A stretch of DNA of 64,000 nucleotides. Source: an uncultured Actinomycetota bacterium (GTDB lineage: Bacteria > Actinomycetota > Actinomycetes > JAHEKZ01). The stretch spans positions 2,080,001-2,144,000 of the forward strand of contig CAWHIJ010000003.1 in assembly GCA_963829525.1 (NCBI GenBank), given 5' to 3'. Shown one piece after another: positions 38,533-50,122 of this stretch (the first letter of the stretch is position 1; every line of letters begins with the position of its first letter). A program made the position numbers and the translations under genes. The notes below the pieces were generated by a model, which searched no databases, was not told the origin of the DNA, and worked only from the letters and a program-made list of their open reading frames with translations.

Positions 38533-38895
38533 AACACTCGTGTCAGAGTGCGCAGCGGGTCTTCCCGGCCCGTTGGCCGCCAGACGACGTCGCTCGAGGG
38601 GTCAACAGCGTTCTGGCGCCAGAACGGGACAAACTCTTTGGGGTGGCACAAGGTGCCGAAGGTGGCGCGGCCGCTGCAGCCCTGATCGTCCTCTCCAGCG
38701 CAGCCGAGACGGTGACGGTCGACTCCTAGCCGACGTCCCCTCGAGCATCGATGCGCATCGAGCGTTCAGAATGTGTCGCAGCCTCCTACTCCTCACCAAC
38801 CCTCGACACGAAGGCCCGCGCGCCGCGAAGACTTCGCTGTCTTCCTGTCAGTTCACCCTGCTCGGCGTCGAGGGACCAGAGGCGATGGTCCCCGT

Positions 38896-39603
38896 TCAGG
38901 CAACGCCCTGACTGCGTTTGCGCGAATCGGACCGCTTGAAGCCCTCGGCAAAGAGGGACGTGTCGAACCAGGTGGGAAAGGCACGCACGAGTCGGGACGG
39001 ACCCAACAATCGCACGGAGCCGTCTCTGACCAATTCGCGGAACGGGGCGAGCCCCACGACCCACCGCTGCAGCTGCTTGGTCTCGGCTTGGACTGCCAGG
39101 TCAACGTCATAGCCGGGGTCATCCTTGCAAACACTTACTTGGCGATTCTCGATGCCGAGCCATCCTTCAGCAGCACCCGCTCCGCTCAAGACCATGTGCA
39201 CCACGGTGCGATCAACAGGGAGCTTCAAGGGAATCGCAACCTGGTGCATCCGCCACATCAACGACAAACCGTCGCACTCGTCATCATCGGGGTCGGAGAA
39301 CACCCACTCAGCAGCCCAGTTACCCATGGCCCACACGATGGGGGTGAGTCCCTCTCCGGCCGGTGTCAGGGAGTAGCTCCCGGCCCGGCCGCGATCAGCC
39401 ACCTGACGAGTGACCAAGCCACGTCGTTCCAGAGTGCGCAGCCGCTGCGCCAGCAGGGTGCGACTCATTTTGGGAACGCCGCGATGGATCTCGTTGAACC
39501 GGCTTGACCCCACCATCAGCTCGCGGATGATCAACGGCGTCCACCGGTCACCGAGGACGTCGACACCCACGGCAATTGGGCAGTAGTCGGAGTAGTTGGC
39601 CAT
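38896..39603 (-). CDS. HxlR family regulator with SCP2-like C-terminal domain
   Basis: YCPIA...LGDRWTPLIIREL and YSLTPAG motifs. Confidence 0.9.
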   Translation of the reverse strand: MANYSDYCPIAVGVDVLGDRWTPLIIRELMVGSSRFNEIHRGVPKMSRTLLAQRLRTLERRGLVTRQVADRGRAGSYSLTPAGEGLTPIVWAMGNWAAEWVFSDPDDDECDGLSLMWRMHQVAIPLKLPVDRTVVHMVLSGAGAAEGWLGIENRQVSVCKDDPGYDVDLAVQAETKQLQRWVVGLAPFRELVRDGSVRLLGPSRLVRAFPTWFDTSLFAEGFKRSDSRKRSQGVA

Positions 39604-39831
39604 GGTTACCATTCTGCGCCGCAGAACTCGCTCCTGGTAGTACGGATCCTGTACCTACTTGGCCCGCGCCCACGCCGGATTTGACAGTCCAGCCGCGCAA
39701 TCTGGGTCCGATTTGGGTGGTTGTTCCGCCCAGAGGGCGGTACGGCACTCGCACTCGTTCGGGACCACTCGTTGACAGCACGGTCGAAGGCAGCGACGCC
39801 CATCCGGGGCGCCCTCCTCCAAGGAGCAACA

Positions 39832-40656
39832 GTGACTGTTACCCCTCTGCAACCGAATCTGGCCGCGGTCAAGGCCAAGCAACAGAAGACCTGGTCCAGC
39901 GGCAATTTCTCGATGGTCGCCTCGCGCATCGTGCTCACGAGCGAGCGGCTCGCCGATTCGGCAAACCTGCGCGCCGGATGGTCCGTGCTCGACGTTGCCT
40001 GCGGCAACGGCAACGCCACCCTTGCCGCGGCACGACAAGGTGCCCACGCAGTGGGCATCGACTATGTGCCGGCACTGATCGACGACGCGCGCCGGCGAGC
40101 TGCGGCAGAAGGACTCGATGTCGAGTTCACCGTCGGCGATGCCGAGGACCTGCCCGCCGATGACGATTCGTTCGACGCGGTCCTCAGCGTGTTCGGCGCC
40201 ATGTTCGCGCCCGATCATCAACAGACCGCCGACGAGATCATCCGCGTCGCCAAGCCGGGTGCCACCGTCGGGCTAGCGTCCTGGACGCCGGACGGCTTCC
40301 TCGGCGAGATGTTCGGGGTGATCACCTCGCAGGTTCCGGCTCCCGCAGGTGTCCGCTCCCCCATGCTCTGGGGGCGTGAGGAACACCTTGTCGACCTCTT
40401 CGGCGACCAGGTCGACGACATCCGGTCGCAGAAGTGCTTTCAGATGTTCCGCTATCGCTCTGCCGACGATTTCGTCGACTACTTCCGGCGCTGGTACGGA
40501 CCGACTCTCAAGGCCTTCCAGACGCTCGACGAAGACGGCCAAACCCAACTCTTCGCCGACCTCGCCTACCTGGCACGCCGCTGGGACAAGCATGGTGACG
40601 GCGGCAGTATCGCCGTTCCAGGCGAATACCTGGAGTCGGTGATCACGTTTCGGTAG
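39832..40656 (+). CDS. Class I SAM-dependent methyltransferase
   Basis: VLDVACGNG, GDAEDLP and FGAMFAP motifs; AAGGAG RBS before GTG. Confidence 0.9.
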   Translation: MTVTPLQPNLAAVKAKQQKTWSSGNFSMVASRIVLTSERLADSANLRAGWSVLDVACGNGNATLAAARQGAHAVGIDYVPALIDDARRRAAAEGLDVEFTVGDAEDLPADDDSFDAVLSVFGAMFAPDHQQTADEIIRVAKPGATVGLASWTPDGFLGEMFGVITSQVPAPAGVRSPMLWGREEHLVDLFGDQVDDIRSQKCFQMFRYRSADDFVDYFRRWYGPTLKAFQTLDEDGQTQLFADLAYLARRWDKHGDGGSIAVPGEYLESVITFR

Positions 40657-40678
40657 GTCACCAAGGTGACCTGGCACC

Positions 40679-41395
40679 ATGGACGCCATGGCGCACGTCG
40701 CTCGCTCAGTGATCGCATCCGCACTTGCCGGCTACGCCGCCCTGCAGTTACTGGGCCGCACAGCGGGTTCGAGCAGTGAGGAACGTGCGGCGTGGCGTCC
40801 TGGTGACGACCTCGTCGACTGCCCCCAGCTCGTCACCAACCACGCGATCACGGCCGACGTTCCCGCCGACCGAGTGTGGCCGTGGCTGACCCAGATGGGC
40901 TGGCATCTGGGCGGCTACTACACGCCAGAGTGGGTCGACAGGTGCCTCTTTCCCGCTAACTGGTCCAGCCTCGACCACCTCGACCCCGCCCTCGTGCGCG
41001 ACCTTCAGCCGGGCGACGTCATCCCGGACGGCAAGCCAGGAACCGCGCAGTACGTCGTCCACGAGGCAATGTCGCCACACCTGCTGGTCCTGCGATCGTC
41101 CACGCACCTTCCACCGGGGTGGGACACGCGCTTCGGAACGACCTTCGTGTGGACGTGGTGCTTCCAACTGACCGACTTGCCTGGCGACCGGTCGCGGATC
41201 CACCTGCGGGTTCGCGGCCGCAGCGCCCCGTGGTGGCTCACGGTGTTGTACGTCGGGGCGCTGGTGCCGGCCGACCTCATCATGGCCATGGGCATGCTGC
41301 GAGGGCTGAAGCAGAGGGCCGAGTCGGACGCTCCGCTCCAGCCGTCCGGGCGAGACCCCTTCAACACAGATACAGTCCCACTGTTCACCGGGTGA
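40679..41395 (+). CDS. SRPBCC-like hypothetical protein
   Basis: PGDDLV, VWPWLTQMG..GGYY and MLRGLKQRAE motifs. Confidence 0.75.
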   Translation: MDAMAHVARSVIASALAGYAALQLLGRTAGSSSEERAAWRPGDDLVDCPQLVTNHAITADVPADRVWPWLTQMGWHLGGYYTPEWVDRCLFPANWSSLDHLDPALVRDLQPGDVIPDGKPGTAQYVVHEAMSPHLLVLRSSTHLPPGWDTRFGTTFVWTWCFQLTDLPGDRSRIHLRVRGRSAPWWLTVLYVGALVPADLIMAMGMLRGLKQRAESDAPLQPSGRDPFNTDTVPLFTG

Positions 41396-41416
41396 CAACC
41401 GACACCAGGAGCCCTT

Positions 41417-41929
41417 ATGCCAACCGATGCAGAGCTCGTCGAACTTGCGGCTCGCCGCGCGGAACTCCGGCAGCAATACGCCATGCCGACGGCAGAACGG
41501 CCACCGTCGAACGGCCGTGGAATCCACCACGCCGCGCTGATCTGCTCGGATGTGGAACAGACGATCCAGTTCTACCAAGGTCTGCTTGGCTTTCCTCTGG
41601 TCGAGCTGACCGAGAACCGTGACTATCCCGGGTCATCGCACTTCTTCTTCGACGTGGGGAACCAGACGCTGCTCGGCTTCTTCGACTTCCCCGGCCTCGG
41701 TCTGCAACCTGGCGTCGAGTCGATCGGCGCCGTCCAGCACATCGCGATATCCGTGGCCCGCGACCGCTGGGAGCAGCTGCGCATCCGGCTTGACGAGGCG
41801 GGCGTCGAGTACGTCGGTCCCGACCGCGGGATCCCCGAGTCGATGTACTTCCGCGACCCCGATGGGATCGGCCTGGAACTGCTGAGCGACCCCCTGATGT
41901 ACTTCGCCGGCCGTCAGCTCGACGAGTAG
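41417..41929 (+). CDS. VOC family protein
   Basis: GIHHAAL, QHIAI and YFRDPDG..LEL motifs. Confidence 0.9.
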   Translation: MPTDAELVELAARRAELRQQYAMPTAERPPSNGRGIHHAALICSDVEQTIQFYQGLLGFPLVELTENRDYPGSSHFFFDVGNQTLLGFFDFPGLGLQPGVESIGAVQHIAISVARDRWEQLRIRLDEAGVEYVGPDRGIPESMYFRDPDGIGLELLSDPLMYFAGRQLDE

Positions 41930-42856
41930 ATGGCAACCACGCCCGCGCTGGGCCTCGGACTGCCCGTCTCCGGCGCGTGGGCGACGCCGGAGAACATGCA
42001 GCACGTCGCGATGCGGGCCGAGGAGCTTGGCTACGCGTCGTTGTGGTCGTTTCAACGGCTCCTGCACCCCGTCGACGAGGACTGGGGCGCGGTGTACCAC
42101 GGCGTCGTCGACCCGGTGACCGCACTGGCCTACGTCGCCGGCTGCACGTCGCGGATCCGGCTCGGGCACCGCCGTGGTGAACCTGCCCTTCTACTCCCCC
42201 ATCGTCTTGTCCAAGGCGCTGACGACCGTCGACATCGTGTCGAACGGACGACTGGACGTCGGCCTCGGGACTCGGCTGGGCCGCTGCGGAGTTCGAGGCT
42301 GTCGGTGTCTCGATGGACAAGCGCGGCGCCCGGGCCGCCGAGTTCGTCGAGTGCCTCAAGGCCCTGTGGACCCAGCCGGAGGTGGAGTACCACGGCCAGT
42401 TCTTCGACGTCCCGCTGAGCCGCGTCGAACCCAAGCCGGTGCAGCAGCCACACCCGCCGATCCTCATGGGCGGCACCGCCGAGGTAGCGCTTCGCCGGAT
42501 CGGCCGGATCGCCGACGGCTGGATCAGCAGCAGCCGGACCGACCTGACGACGATCGGGGCAGTCGATCGACCTCATGCGGTCGGCGGCCGCAGAAGGCGG
42601 ACGTGACCCAGGGGCCCTTCGCTTCATCATGCGCGGCGTCGTGCGGCTCGGCTCAGTTGCCCCCACCGGACCGGGCGCCGCTGCAGGGCAGCGCGGATCA
42701 GATCCGCGGCGACCTCGAAGCGCTGGCCGCGGCCGGGCGTGACCGAGGTCTTTCTCGACCTGAACTGGGACCCGGAGACGGTCGTCCGACGACGTCGACG
42801 CAGCCGCTGCCCTGGACAACGCCGAACGGGTGATCACCGAGCTCGCGCCCGGCTGA
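41930..42856 (+). pseudogene. LLM-class (F420/flavin-dependent) oxidoreductase, split by frameshifts (probably errors)
   Basis: AEELGYASLW, GRLDVGLG and PKPVQQPHPPILMGG...ADGW lie in successive frames. Confidence 0.8.
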
Positions 42857-42875
42857 CACCCGACGTGAGGCCGAA

Positions 42876-43693
42876 CTAGCGCGCGGTGCCCGCGTCGTCG
42901 CTGCGGCGGCTGGTATCAGTCTCATGCTCGACCTGCGCGTAGAGGTCGAGCCCGATGGGCTCGCGCATCTCCTCGGCGAAGTGTCCAAGCAGACCGGCGG
43001 TGCGAGCCAGCAGGGCGAAGCCACGCAGGATCTCGGGCGGGAGCCGGAGGTCGCAGAGCACCGCGCCGCAGGCACCGGCCCCGTTGAACGGCAGCGTGCG
43101 GCCGAGCACCTCCGGGTGGACGCGGCCGACGGCCTCAAAGAGCTGCAAGGTGGGGACCGAAGAGGCCCTCCTCCTGTGGCGATCGCGAACAACACCGGCG
43201 TCCTGGGTCGCCTTGCTTGTGCAACGTGTGACCGAGGCCAGGCACATAGCCTCCCAGCTGCGCGCTGCGAGCGCACAGCATCGCGGGCGAGCGCATCCCA
43301 CGCCGTCGCAGTGGTCGGGCAGCGGCGCCGCCAGACTCGGCGGGCCCGCCAAGAGCGTCGCTGAGGAACTTTCCCGCGTCCTCGGTGACTCCGAGGAACC
43401 GCGAGCCCCCGCCGAGCAGTCCGGCGGCCAACGCCCCCTGCACCGACTCAGGGGCACCCGTCAAGGTCAGCCGTGCGGCGAGGGCGCTGGGTGTCAGACC
43501 GTGGTCGGCCAACGCGACCAGCACCGACTCGAAGCAGCGCAGTTCGCCTGGCGTCGGGCGGCGCAGCGCCACGAGCCAGTAGGCAAGCTCGGCGAAGCCA
43601 ACCTTGCCCATCAGGTCGACCGCAAGATCGTGGCCGAGTACCTGGATCGACGTTGCGTCTGCGGTTCCGATCGACGTCGTGGTACCCGGTCAT
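42876..43693 (-). pseudogene. Citryl-CoA lyase/citrate synthase-like protein, split by frameshifts
   Basis: ADHGLTPS, PGLGH and LPFNGAGA...ARTAGLLGH in different frames. Confidence 0.8.
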
Positions 43694-45242
43694 GGTCTGT
43701 CCTTCGCTGTTGTTTCCTGGTCGCTGGAACCGTCGTCCGTTGCGTCGTGCTCGGCGTCGAACTCGCCAGGCGGGTGGCCCTTGGGAAGCCGATGCTTGGC
43801 CAGCCGCGACGTCGCCGTCCTGGGTAGTGCGTCGACAGCCTGCCAGAACCGCGGCACCTTGAACGCCGAGAGCCTGGCGGCCGTCCACTCCCGCAGTTCG
43901 ACGAAGTCGAGGTGCACGGTCGGGAAGTGCGACAACGAAGGCTTTCACCTCGTCCTCGGTCAGCTCGGACGGAACCGCCACAACGGCGACCTCGAGCACG
44001 TCGGGATGGGATGCGATGGCCTCCTCGATCTCGGCCGGAGACATGTTCTGCCCACGGCGTCGCAACACCTCCTTCTTCCGAGCAACGAAGGTGTAGGTGT
44101 CGTCGGCATTGACCGTGACGAGGTCACCGGTATGCAACCAGCCATCGACGATGGCCGCAGCTGTCTCCTCCGGCATGCCCCAGTAGCCGGGGGTGACGAC
44201 CGGGTTGCGCAGCCACAGCTCGCCGGTGCCTGCCCGTCCGGCACGTTCTGGCCCGACTCGTCGACAACGCGGGCACGGTTGACCTCGCCGAGTGTCGGGT
44301 GCTGACGCGGCGAACCCAGCGATGCCGAACGGACGGGTTCCCTTGCGCCAGATGAGCCCGTACGGCGACTCGGAGAGCCCATAGCCGCCGACGACACGAA
44401 GCCCGAACCGCTCCTCAAACGCCTCCTGCCACTCCCTGGTGGGAGAGGGGCCGGTGTAGCAGAGCCGCAGGTCGGTGTCGGCATCGTCGGGTCGAACGGG
44501 CTGGCGCATCAAGATCTCGAGCATGGCGCCTATCGCGTTGAACTCCGTCGCGCCGTGTCTGCGCGCGGCGTCCAGGAACCCGCTGGCCGAGAAGCGGGGC
44601 AGCAGGACGAGACCGGCGCCGCAGGCGAGCGATCCGAGAACCGAGTAGGCGGGGGCATTGATGTGGAAGAGCGGGAGCGACGTCATGAGCCGGTCGTCGG
44701 CGGTCGAGGCCCACCCAGGCAGGGAATCCCTCCCCCGCCCAGGCGTACGCCCGGTGCGTCTGCATGACGAGCTTAGAGCGGCCGGTCGTCCCCGACGTCG
44801 GGATGAGAACGGCGAGATCGTCTGGAGCCACGTTCATGGGAAGGACTGCTCCGTGCGAGACGGGAGCCGTCCAGTCGCCGACGAGCGGTCCGATCTGCAA
44901 GGTGGCTGTGGCGACATCACCGATCACGGTCTTCGGTTGCACCTGCCCGATGAGCCCTTCTTGCTCGGTGGGCGTCGCGTCGGGATCAGTGGGGACGGTG
45001 ATGGCGCCGAGGCTGGCGAGCGCTAGCCAGCAGAGCAAGAACGGCGGTTTCGTGCGCGCCGGGAGCACCACCAAGTCACCCGTGCCGATGCCTTCTTGGC
45101 CGAGTCGCGCAGCGAGCTCGGCGACTTGACCGACTGCAGCGGCAAAGGTCAAGGTGCCCTCGTCGACTCGCAGCCAGGTGCCTTCGGGGTCGCGGTCGGC
45201 AGCAGCGAGCAGCAGCTCAGGAATGGTTTCGCGGGCGCTCAT
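43690..45242 (-). pseudogene. AMP-binding acyl-CoA ligase (CaiC-like), split by frameshifts
   Basis: TSGTTGRSK, YGLSE, GWLHTGD and FKVPR...LPRT motifs across frames. Confidence 0.85.
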
Positions 45243-45300
45243 GCCCGCACTCTAAGTCGCTGAGTCATCGAACGGACGGAAGGCGATCCGTGGGCGACGT

Positions 45301-45681
45301 TCAGCCGAGGTGCTCCATCGAGACCCGCCACTGGCCATCGAGTTCCCTGCGCCAGACGATGATCCCGCGCACATTCACCCTGGGACTCGCGTCCGCCGGA
45401 CTGCCACTGAGCCAGGAGCCAGCGAACCAGACGGTGGCACAGTCACCGCTTCCCTCGGTACGCATCGGCCGTAAGGACACCGACGACAAGGGCTGCATGG
45501 CGTTCGCCATCTCCAACAGGGCCTCGCGTCCTTGCACCGCGTGCTCCCCGCCGGCGTCGAAGACGGCGTCGTCGGTGTACTCGAACACCCACGCCGTCGG
45601 GTCAGTGTCCTCCAACGCGGCCACCAACCGGCGCTCGGCCGTGCGAATTTCGGCCTCGTCAAAGGCGAGATCAGCGGTCAT
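45301..45681 (-). CDS. NTF2/SnoaL-like (DUF4440) protein
   Basis: YTDDAV...GRE...WRR..DGQW. Confidence 0.8.
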   Translation of the reverse strand: MTADLAFDEAEIRTAERRLVAALEDTDPTAWVFEYTDDAVFDAGGEHAVQGREALLEMANAMQPLSSVSLRPMRTEGSGDCATVWFAGSWLSGSPADASPRVNVRGIIVWRRELDGQWRVSMEHLG

Positions 45682-45708
45682 AGTCCTCCCCCTCCCGGGC
45701 CAGAGCGT

Positions 45709-45744
45709 GGTGGATCCGGGTAGCCCTGGCTACCCGGATCCACC
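45709..45744 (-). terminator. Hairpin downstream of nrdJ
   Basis: GGTGGATCCGGGTAGCC-CT-GGCTACCCGGATCCACC. Confidence 0.8.
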
Positions 45745-45766
45745 CGCTGCCGTCGAGCGCGTTCGA

Positions 45767-48664
45767 TCAGCTGCAGCCGCTGGTGGCGCCACATCCTTCA
45801 CAGACGAAGCACGAGCCAGCCGGCCGCATCTTGGTGCCGCAGGTGAAGCACATCGGGGCGTCCGATGCGGTTCCCTGCAGGGCCTCGAGGAGCTCGGTTG
45901 ATGAGTGCGCCGAGGTGACAGCAGCTGACGTAGCTGGTGCTTCCACTGCCTCAGCCTGTGGCACCTCGGTGACCGGTGCCGACTGCGCGAGCGTCTCGAG
46001 CTCGGCAGCAACGGCTTCTGCCTCACCGGACTCCAGCGCCTCGTCCTGCTCGTAGGAGCCCGTCTCTACGTACCTGGTGCGCTCGTCGGCGGTGTAGATG
46101 CCGAGCCCGGAACGGCTGTCGTAGGGCAGGTAGTCGAGCGCAAGGCGCCGGAAGATGTAGTCCATGATCGACTGCGCCATGCGGACGTCGGCGTCGTCAG
46201 TGAGACCTGCCGGGTCGAAGCGCATGTTCACGAACTTCTTCACGTACGTCTCGAGCGGGACGCCGTACTGCAGGCCGATCGAGACCGCGATCGAGAAGGC
46301 GTCCATCATGCCGGCGAGGGTCGAGCCCTGCTTGGACATCTTCAGGAAGATCTCACCGAGGCCGTCGTCGGGGTAGCGCGAAGCCGTCATGTAGCCCTCA
46401 GCGCCGCCGACGGTGAACGAGGTGGTCGTCGCCGGTCGATTCTTCGGCAACCGCTTGCGGGTCGGCCGGTACTCGATGACCGTCTCCGTCTTGGCTTCTT
46501 CGGCCTTGACCCCGTTGTCCCTGCTGGTGCCCTTGGCGTCGGAAAGCGGCTGGCCGACCTTGCAGTTGTCGCGGTAGATGGCCAGCGCCTTGAGCCCGAG
46601 CTTCCAACCCTGGAAGTAGACCTCCTCGATCTCTTCGACGGTGGCCGTCTCCGGCATGTTGACCGTCTTGGAGATCGCGCCGGACAGGAACGGCTGGGCG
46701 GCAGCCATCATCCGCACGTGGCCCATCGGCGAGATGGTCCGCGCACCCATGGCGCAGTCGAAGGTCGACTCGTGCTCGGGCTTGAGCCCTGGTGCGTCGA
46801 CGACGTTGCCGTGCTGGGCGATGTGCTCGACGATCGCCTCGATCGTCTCCTCGGTGTAGCCGAGCTTGCGGAGCGCGCGCGGCACGGTGTTGTTGACGAT
46901 CTGCAGCGAGCCGCCGCCGACCATCTTCTTGAACTTCACCAGCGCGAGGTCTGGCTCGATGCCGGTGGTGTCACAGTCCATCATCAGACCGATCGTTCCG
47001 GTCGGAGCCAGGACGGACGCCTGCGAGTTGCGGTAGCCGTTCTGCTCGCCCAGGGCGATGACGTCGGCCCACACCTGCGGTGGCGACGGTATGCACGTCC
47101 TTGTCGAGCGCGGAGTGTGGTGCGTACCGCGTCGTTGGCGGCGGCGTGCTTGCGCATGACGCGCTTGTGCGCGTCGGCGTTGCGCGCGTAGCCCTCGTAA
47201 GGGCCAACGACCCCGGCGAGCTCGGCCGAACGCTTGTAGGCGGTGCCGGTCATCAGCGAGGTGATCGAGCCGGCGAGCGCACGACCTGCGTCTGAGTCGT
47301 ACGGCAGGCCTGAGGCCATCAGCAGTGCGCCCAGGTTGGCGTAGCCGATGCCGAGCTGGCGGAACTTGCGCGTGGTGTCGCCGATCGCCTCGGTCGGGAA
47401 GTCGGCGAAGCAGATGGAGATGTCCATCGCGGTGATGACCAGCTCGACGACCTTGGCGAAGGTCGGGGCGTCGAAGGTGTCGTCCTCGCGGAGGAACTTC
47501 ATCAGGTTGAGCGACGCAAGGTTGCACGAGGAGTTGTCCAGGTGCATGTACTCGCTGCACGGGTTGGACGCGGTGATGCGACCGGACTCCGGACAGGTGT
47601 GCCAGTCGTTGATCGTGTCGTCGTACTGGATGCCGGGGTCGGCACACTGCCAGGCGGCTTCTGCGACCTTGTCGAAGAGTCCCTTGGCGTCGACGGTCTC
47701 GATGACCGAGCCGTCCGAGCGGGCGCGAAGGCCGAACTCGGTGCCCTCTTCGACCGCACGCATGAACTCGTCGCTGACGCGGACGGAGTTGTTGGCGTTC
47801 TGGTACTGGACGCTGGCGATGTCTTTGCCGCCGAGGTCCATGTCGAAGCCGGCGTCGCGAAGCGCGCGGATCTTGTGCTCTTCCCGTGCCTTGGTGTCGA
47901 TGAACTCTTCGATGTCGGGGTGGTCGATGTCGAGGACGACCATCTTGGCCGCGCGACGAGTGGCCCCGCCAGACTTGATCGTTCCGGCAGATGCGTCAGC
48001 ACCGCGCATGAACGAGACCGGGCCGGAGGCGGTGCCGCCCGAGGAGAGCAGCTCTTTGCTGGAGCGGATCCGCGAGAGGTTGAGGCCGGCACCGGAGCCG
48101 CCCTTGAAGATCATTCCCTCTTCGCGGTACCAGTTGAGGATCGAGCTCATCGAGTCGTCGACGGCGAGGATGAAGCAGGCGCTGACCTGCTGCGGGGCCG
48201 GCGTTCCGACGTTGAACCAGACCGGGCGAGTTGAAGCTGAAGACCTGGTGCAGCAGGGCGTAGGTGAGCTCGTGCTCGAAGATGTCGGCGTCGGAGGGCG
48301 TGGCGAAGTAGCCGTACTCCTCGCCAGCCCTGCGGTAGGTGAGGACGACGCGGTCGATCAGCTGGCGCAGCGACCACTCGCGGGTGTCGCTGCCCACCGC
48401 GCCGCGGAAGTACTTGGTGGTGACGATCGTGGAGGAGATGACCGACCAGAAGTCGGGGAACTCAACCCCGCGCTGCTCGAAGACGACCTCGCCGGTCTTC
48501 CAGTTGTTCTGGACGACGTCGCGTCGCTCCCAGGTGACCTCGTCGTACGGGTGGACGCCTGGCGTCGTGTAGATGCGCTCGATGGTGAGTCCGTGGCGGA
48601 TCACCTCGGGGCGGTCGTCGGACGAGAGGTTGCCCTGCTGGGCTTCTGGTGCGGCTTCGGTCAT
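45767..48664 (-). CDS. nrdJ: Vitamin B12-dependent class II ribonucleotide reductase (about 3 frameshifts in this sequence)
   Basis: FNSP/VWFN, SACFIL, ASNPCSE, APTGTI and C-terminal CxxC..CxxC; frame breaks near 48224, 47115 and 47078. Confidence 0.92.
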
Positions 48665-49196
48665 CGGTACTGCCCCTCCTGGTGGACAGAGAACAAACGG
48701 GAGAACGGGTCGGGGGTGGGTTTACGTCGGTGGTTCGACGCCCGAGCGGTTCACGCTCGGCGCGGAGCAAGGTGATCTCGGACTCGAAGTCTTCGAGGGA
48801 CTCAAAGCTTCGGTAGACCGAGGCAAAGCGGAGGTAGGCCACCTCGTCGAGCTCGCGGAGCGGGCCGAGGATGGCCATGCCGACCTCATGGGAGTCGATC
48901 TCGGCGGCGCCGGTAGCCCGGACCGTCTCCTCGACGCGCTGCGCGAGCAGCGCGAGGTCGTCCTCGGTGACCGGGCGGCCCTGGCAGGCCTTCCGGACGC
49001 CGACGAGCACCTTGGGGCGACTGAAGGGCTCGGTGGCCCCGCTGCGCTTGACCACCACAAGGGCGGCGTGCTCGGCGGTGGTGAACCGGCGACCGCACTC
49101 GGCACACTGCCGACGGCGCCGGATAGCGGCGCCGTCGTCGGCGGTTCGGGAGTCGATCACCCGGGTCTCGGCGCCACGGCAGAAGGGGCAGTACAT
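48462..49196 (-). CDS. nrdR: Transcriptional repressor NrdR
   Basis: MYCPFC, RRRRQC..C..RFTT, ATP cone and AYLRFASVY; the 3' end overlaps nrdJ, so the true stop is probably near 48722. Confidence 0.93.
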   Translation of the reverse strand: MYCPFCRGAETRVIDSRTADDGAAIRRRRQCAECGRRFTTAEHAALVVVKRSGATEPFSRPKVLVGVRKACQGRPVTEDDLALLAQRVEETVRATGAAEIDSHEVGMAILGPLRELDEVAYLRFASVYRSFESLEDFESEITLLRAEREPLGRRTTDVNPPPTRSPVCSLSTRRGSTDDRSRTRSPAGQPLVRRPPRGDPPRTHHRAHLHDARRPPVRRGHLGATRRRPEQLEDRRGRLRAARG

Positions 49197-49329
49197 GACC
49201 GGCGCCCTCCGTTCCGCTGACTCGTGTCGCCGACCTCCGAAAGCCCTGCTCAGCGGGTGATCTGGGGACAAACCTGGGGAGTTCCTGGGGATGAACCGGG
49301 GATAACTCCGTCAAGTCTGGGGATACCAG

Positions 49330-49377
49330 ACCACAATCTGTGGAGGACTTACAGAGATGTAACTACTAGATGTAGGG
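49330..49377. promoter_or_regulatory. Tandem NrdR boxes
   Basis: ACCACAATCTGTGGAG and ACTACTAGATGTAGGG, starts 32 bp apart, upstream of nrdR-nrdJ. Confidence 0.75.
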
Positions 49378-49473
49378 GTACCGTACGCGCCGCCACCCCC
49401 GATGGCAAGTGTCGCGGAGCAACTTTCTTCCACCGGCGTGTCGTGGACCTCACCACGAGCCCATCACCGCAGG

Positions 49474-49842
49474 TCAGACCGGAATCTGCAGCTCCTGCCC
49501 GGCCTGCACCGATGAGCTCGGCAGGTCGTTCATCGCCACGATCCGGGCCACCGTCTCCCGTGGATCGGTCTGCGGGTCGACGCGCTGGGCGATTACCCAG
49601 AGCGTCTCGCCCGGCTGGACCACCCAGGTGGCGCTGACCGGCTCGCCGGTGCCGCCATCGGCCGGGCCTGCCGACGCAGCCACCTGCCCCAGTGAGACCA
49701 ACCCAAAGGCCAGCACTGCCACCAGCGCCAATATCACCAGACGGCCCCGACGAGTGATGCGTACGGGGCTGGCAGGAGCTGCCGTAGCAGGCCGAATGGC
49801 CACTGGCCGCGGGACAACGGGCTGGGGAACGGTGCTGATCAT
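49474..49842 (-). CDS. LysM membrane protein (ChiZ/YneA-like SOS division inhibitor)
   Basis: RITRRGR-TM-VVQPGETLW LysM; divergent from lexA; GGAGGT RBS. Confidence 0.88.
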   Translation of the reverse strand: MISTVPQPVVPRPVAIRPATAAPASPVRITRRGRLVILALVAVLAFGLVSLGQVAASAGPADGGTGEPVSATWVVQPGETLWVIAQRVDPQTDPRETVARIVAMNDLPSSSVQAGQELQIPV

Positions 49843-49862
49843 GAGGACCTCCGGGGAAGGGG

Positions 49863-49969
49863 TCGAACGGGTGTTCGATCGAACGTCTGTACGAGTTGTA
49901 CACCATTGTTCGGACAAAGTCACGACACACGGCGCCAGAATCGAACAGGTGTTTGAAACACGCGTTCGA
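49863..49969. promoter_or_regulatory. Four LexA (SOS) boxes
   Basis: TCGAAC-N4-GTTCGA perfect at 49863-49878; near matches at 49879-49894, 49941-49956 and 49954-49969. Confidence 0.88.
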
Positions 49970-50122
49970 TTCACGCTAGCCTCAGGGCCGTGACAGTGGG
50001 CGTTGGGGGCGTGGGTGCTGCTCATGACCCCACCGTGCACCCCGGGTCTGACAACCCCGGGTCCGACAACCCGCCCAGCCAGCCCGACCAGCCAGTACCA
50101 CCGGACAGCAGGAGATGAGCCC

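Noticed and set aside
48462-48722. Extended NrdR C-terminus overlapping nrdJ as a novel domain
   Set aside because: It lies in the error-rich zone; a one-base shift gives a normal-length NrdR ending near 48722
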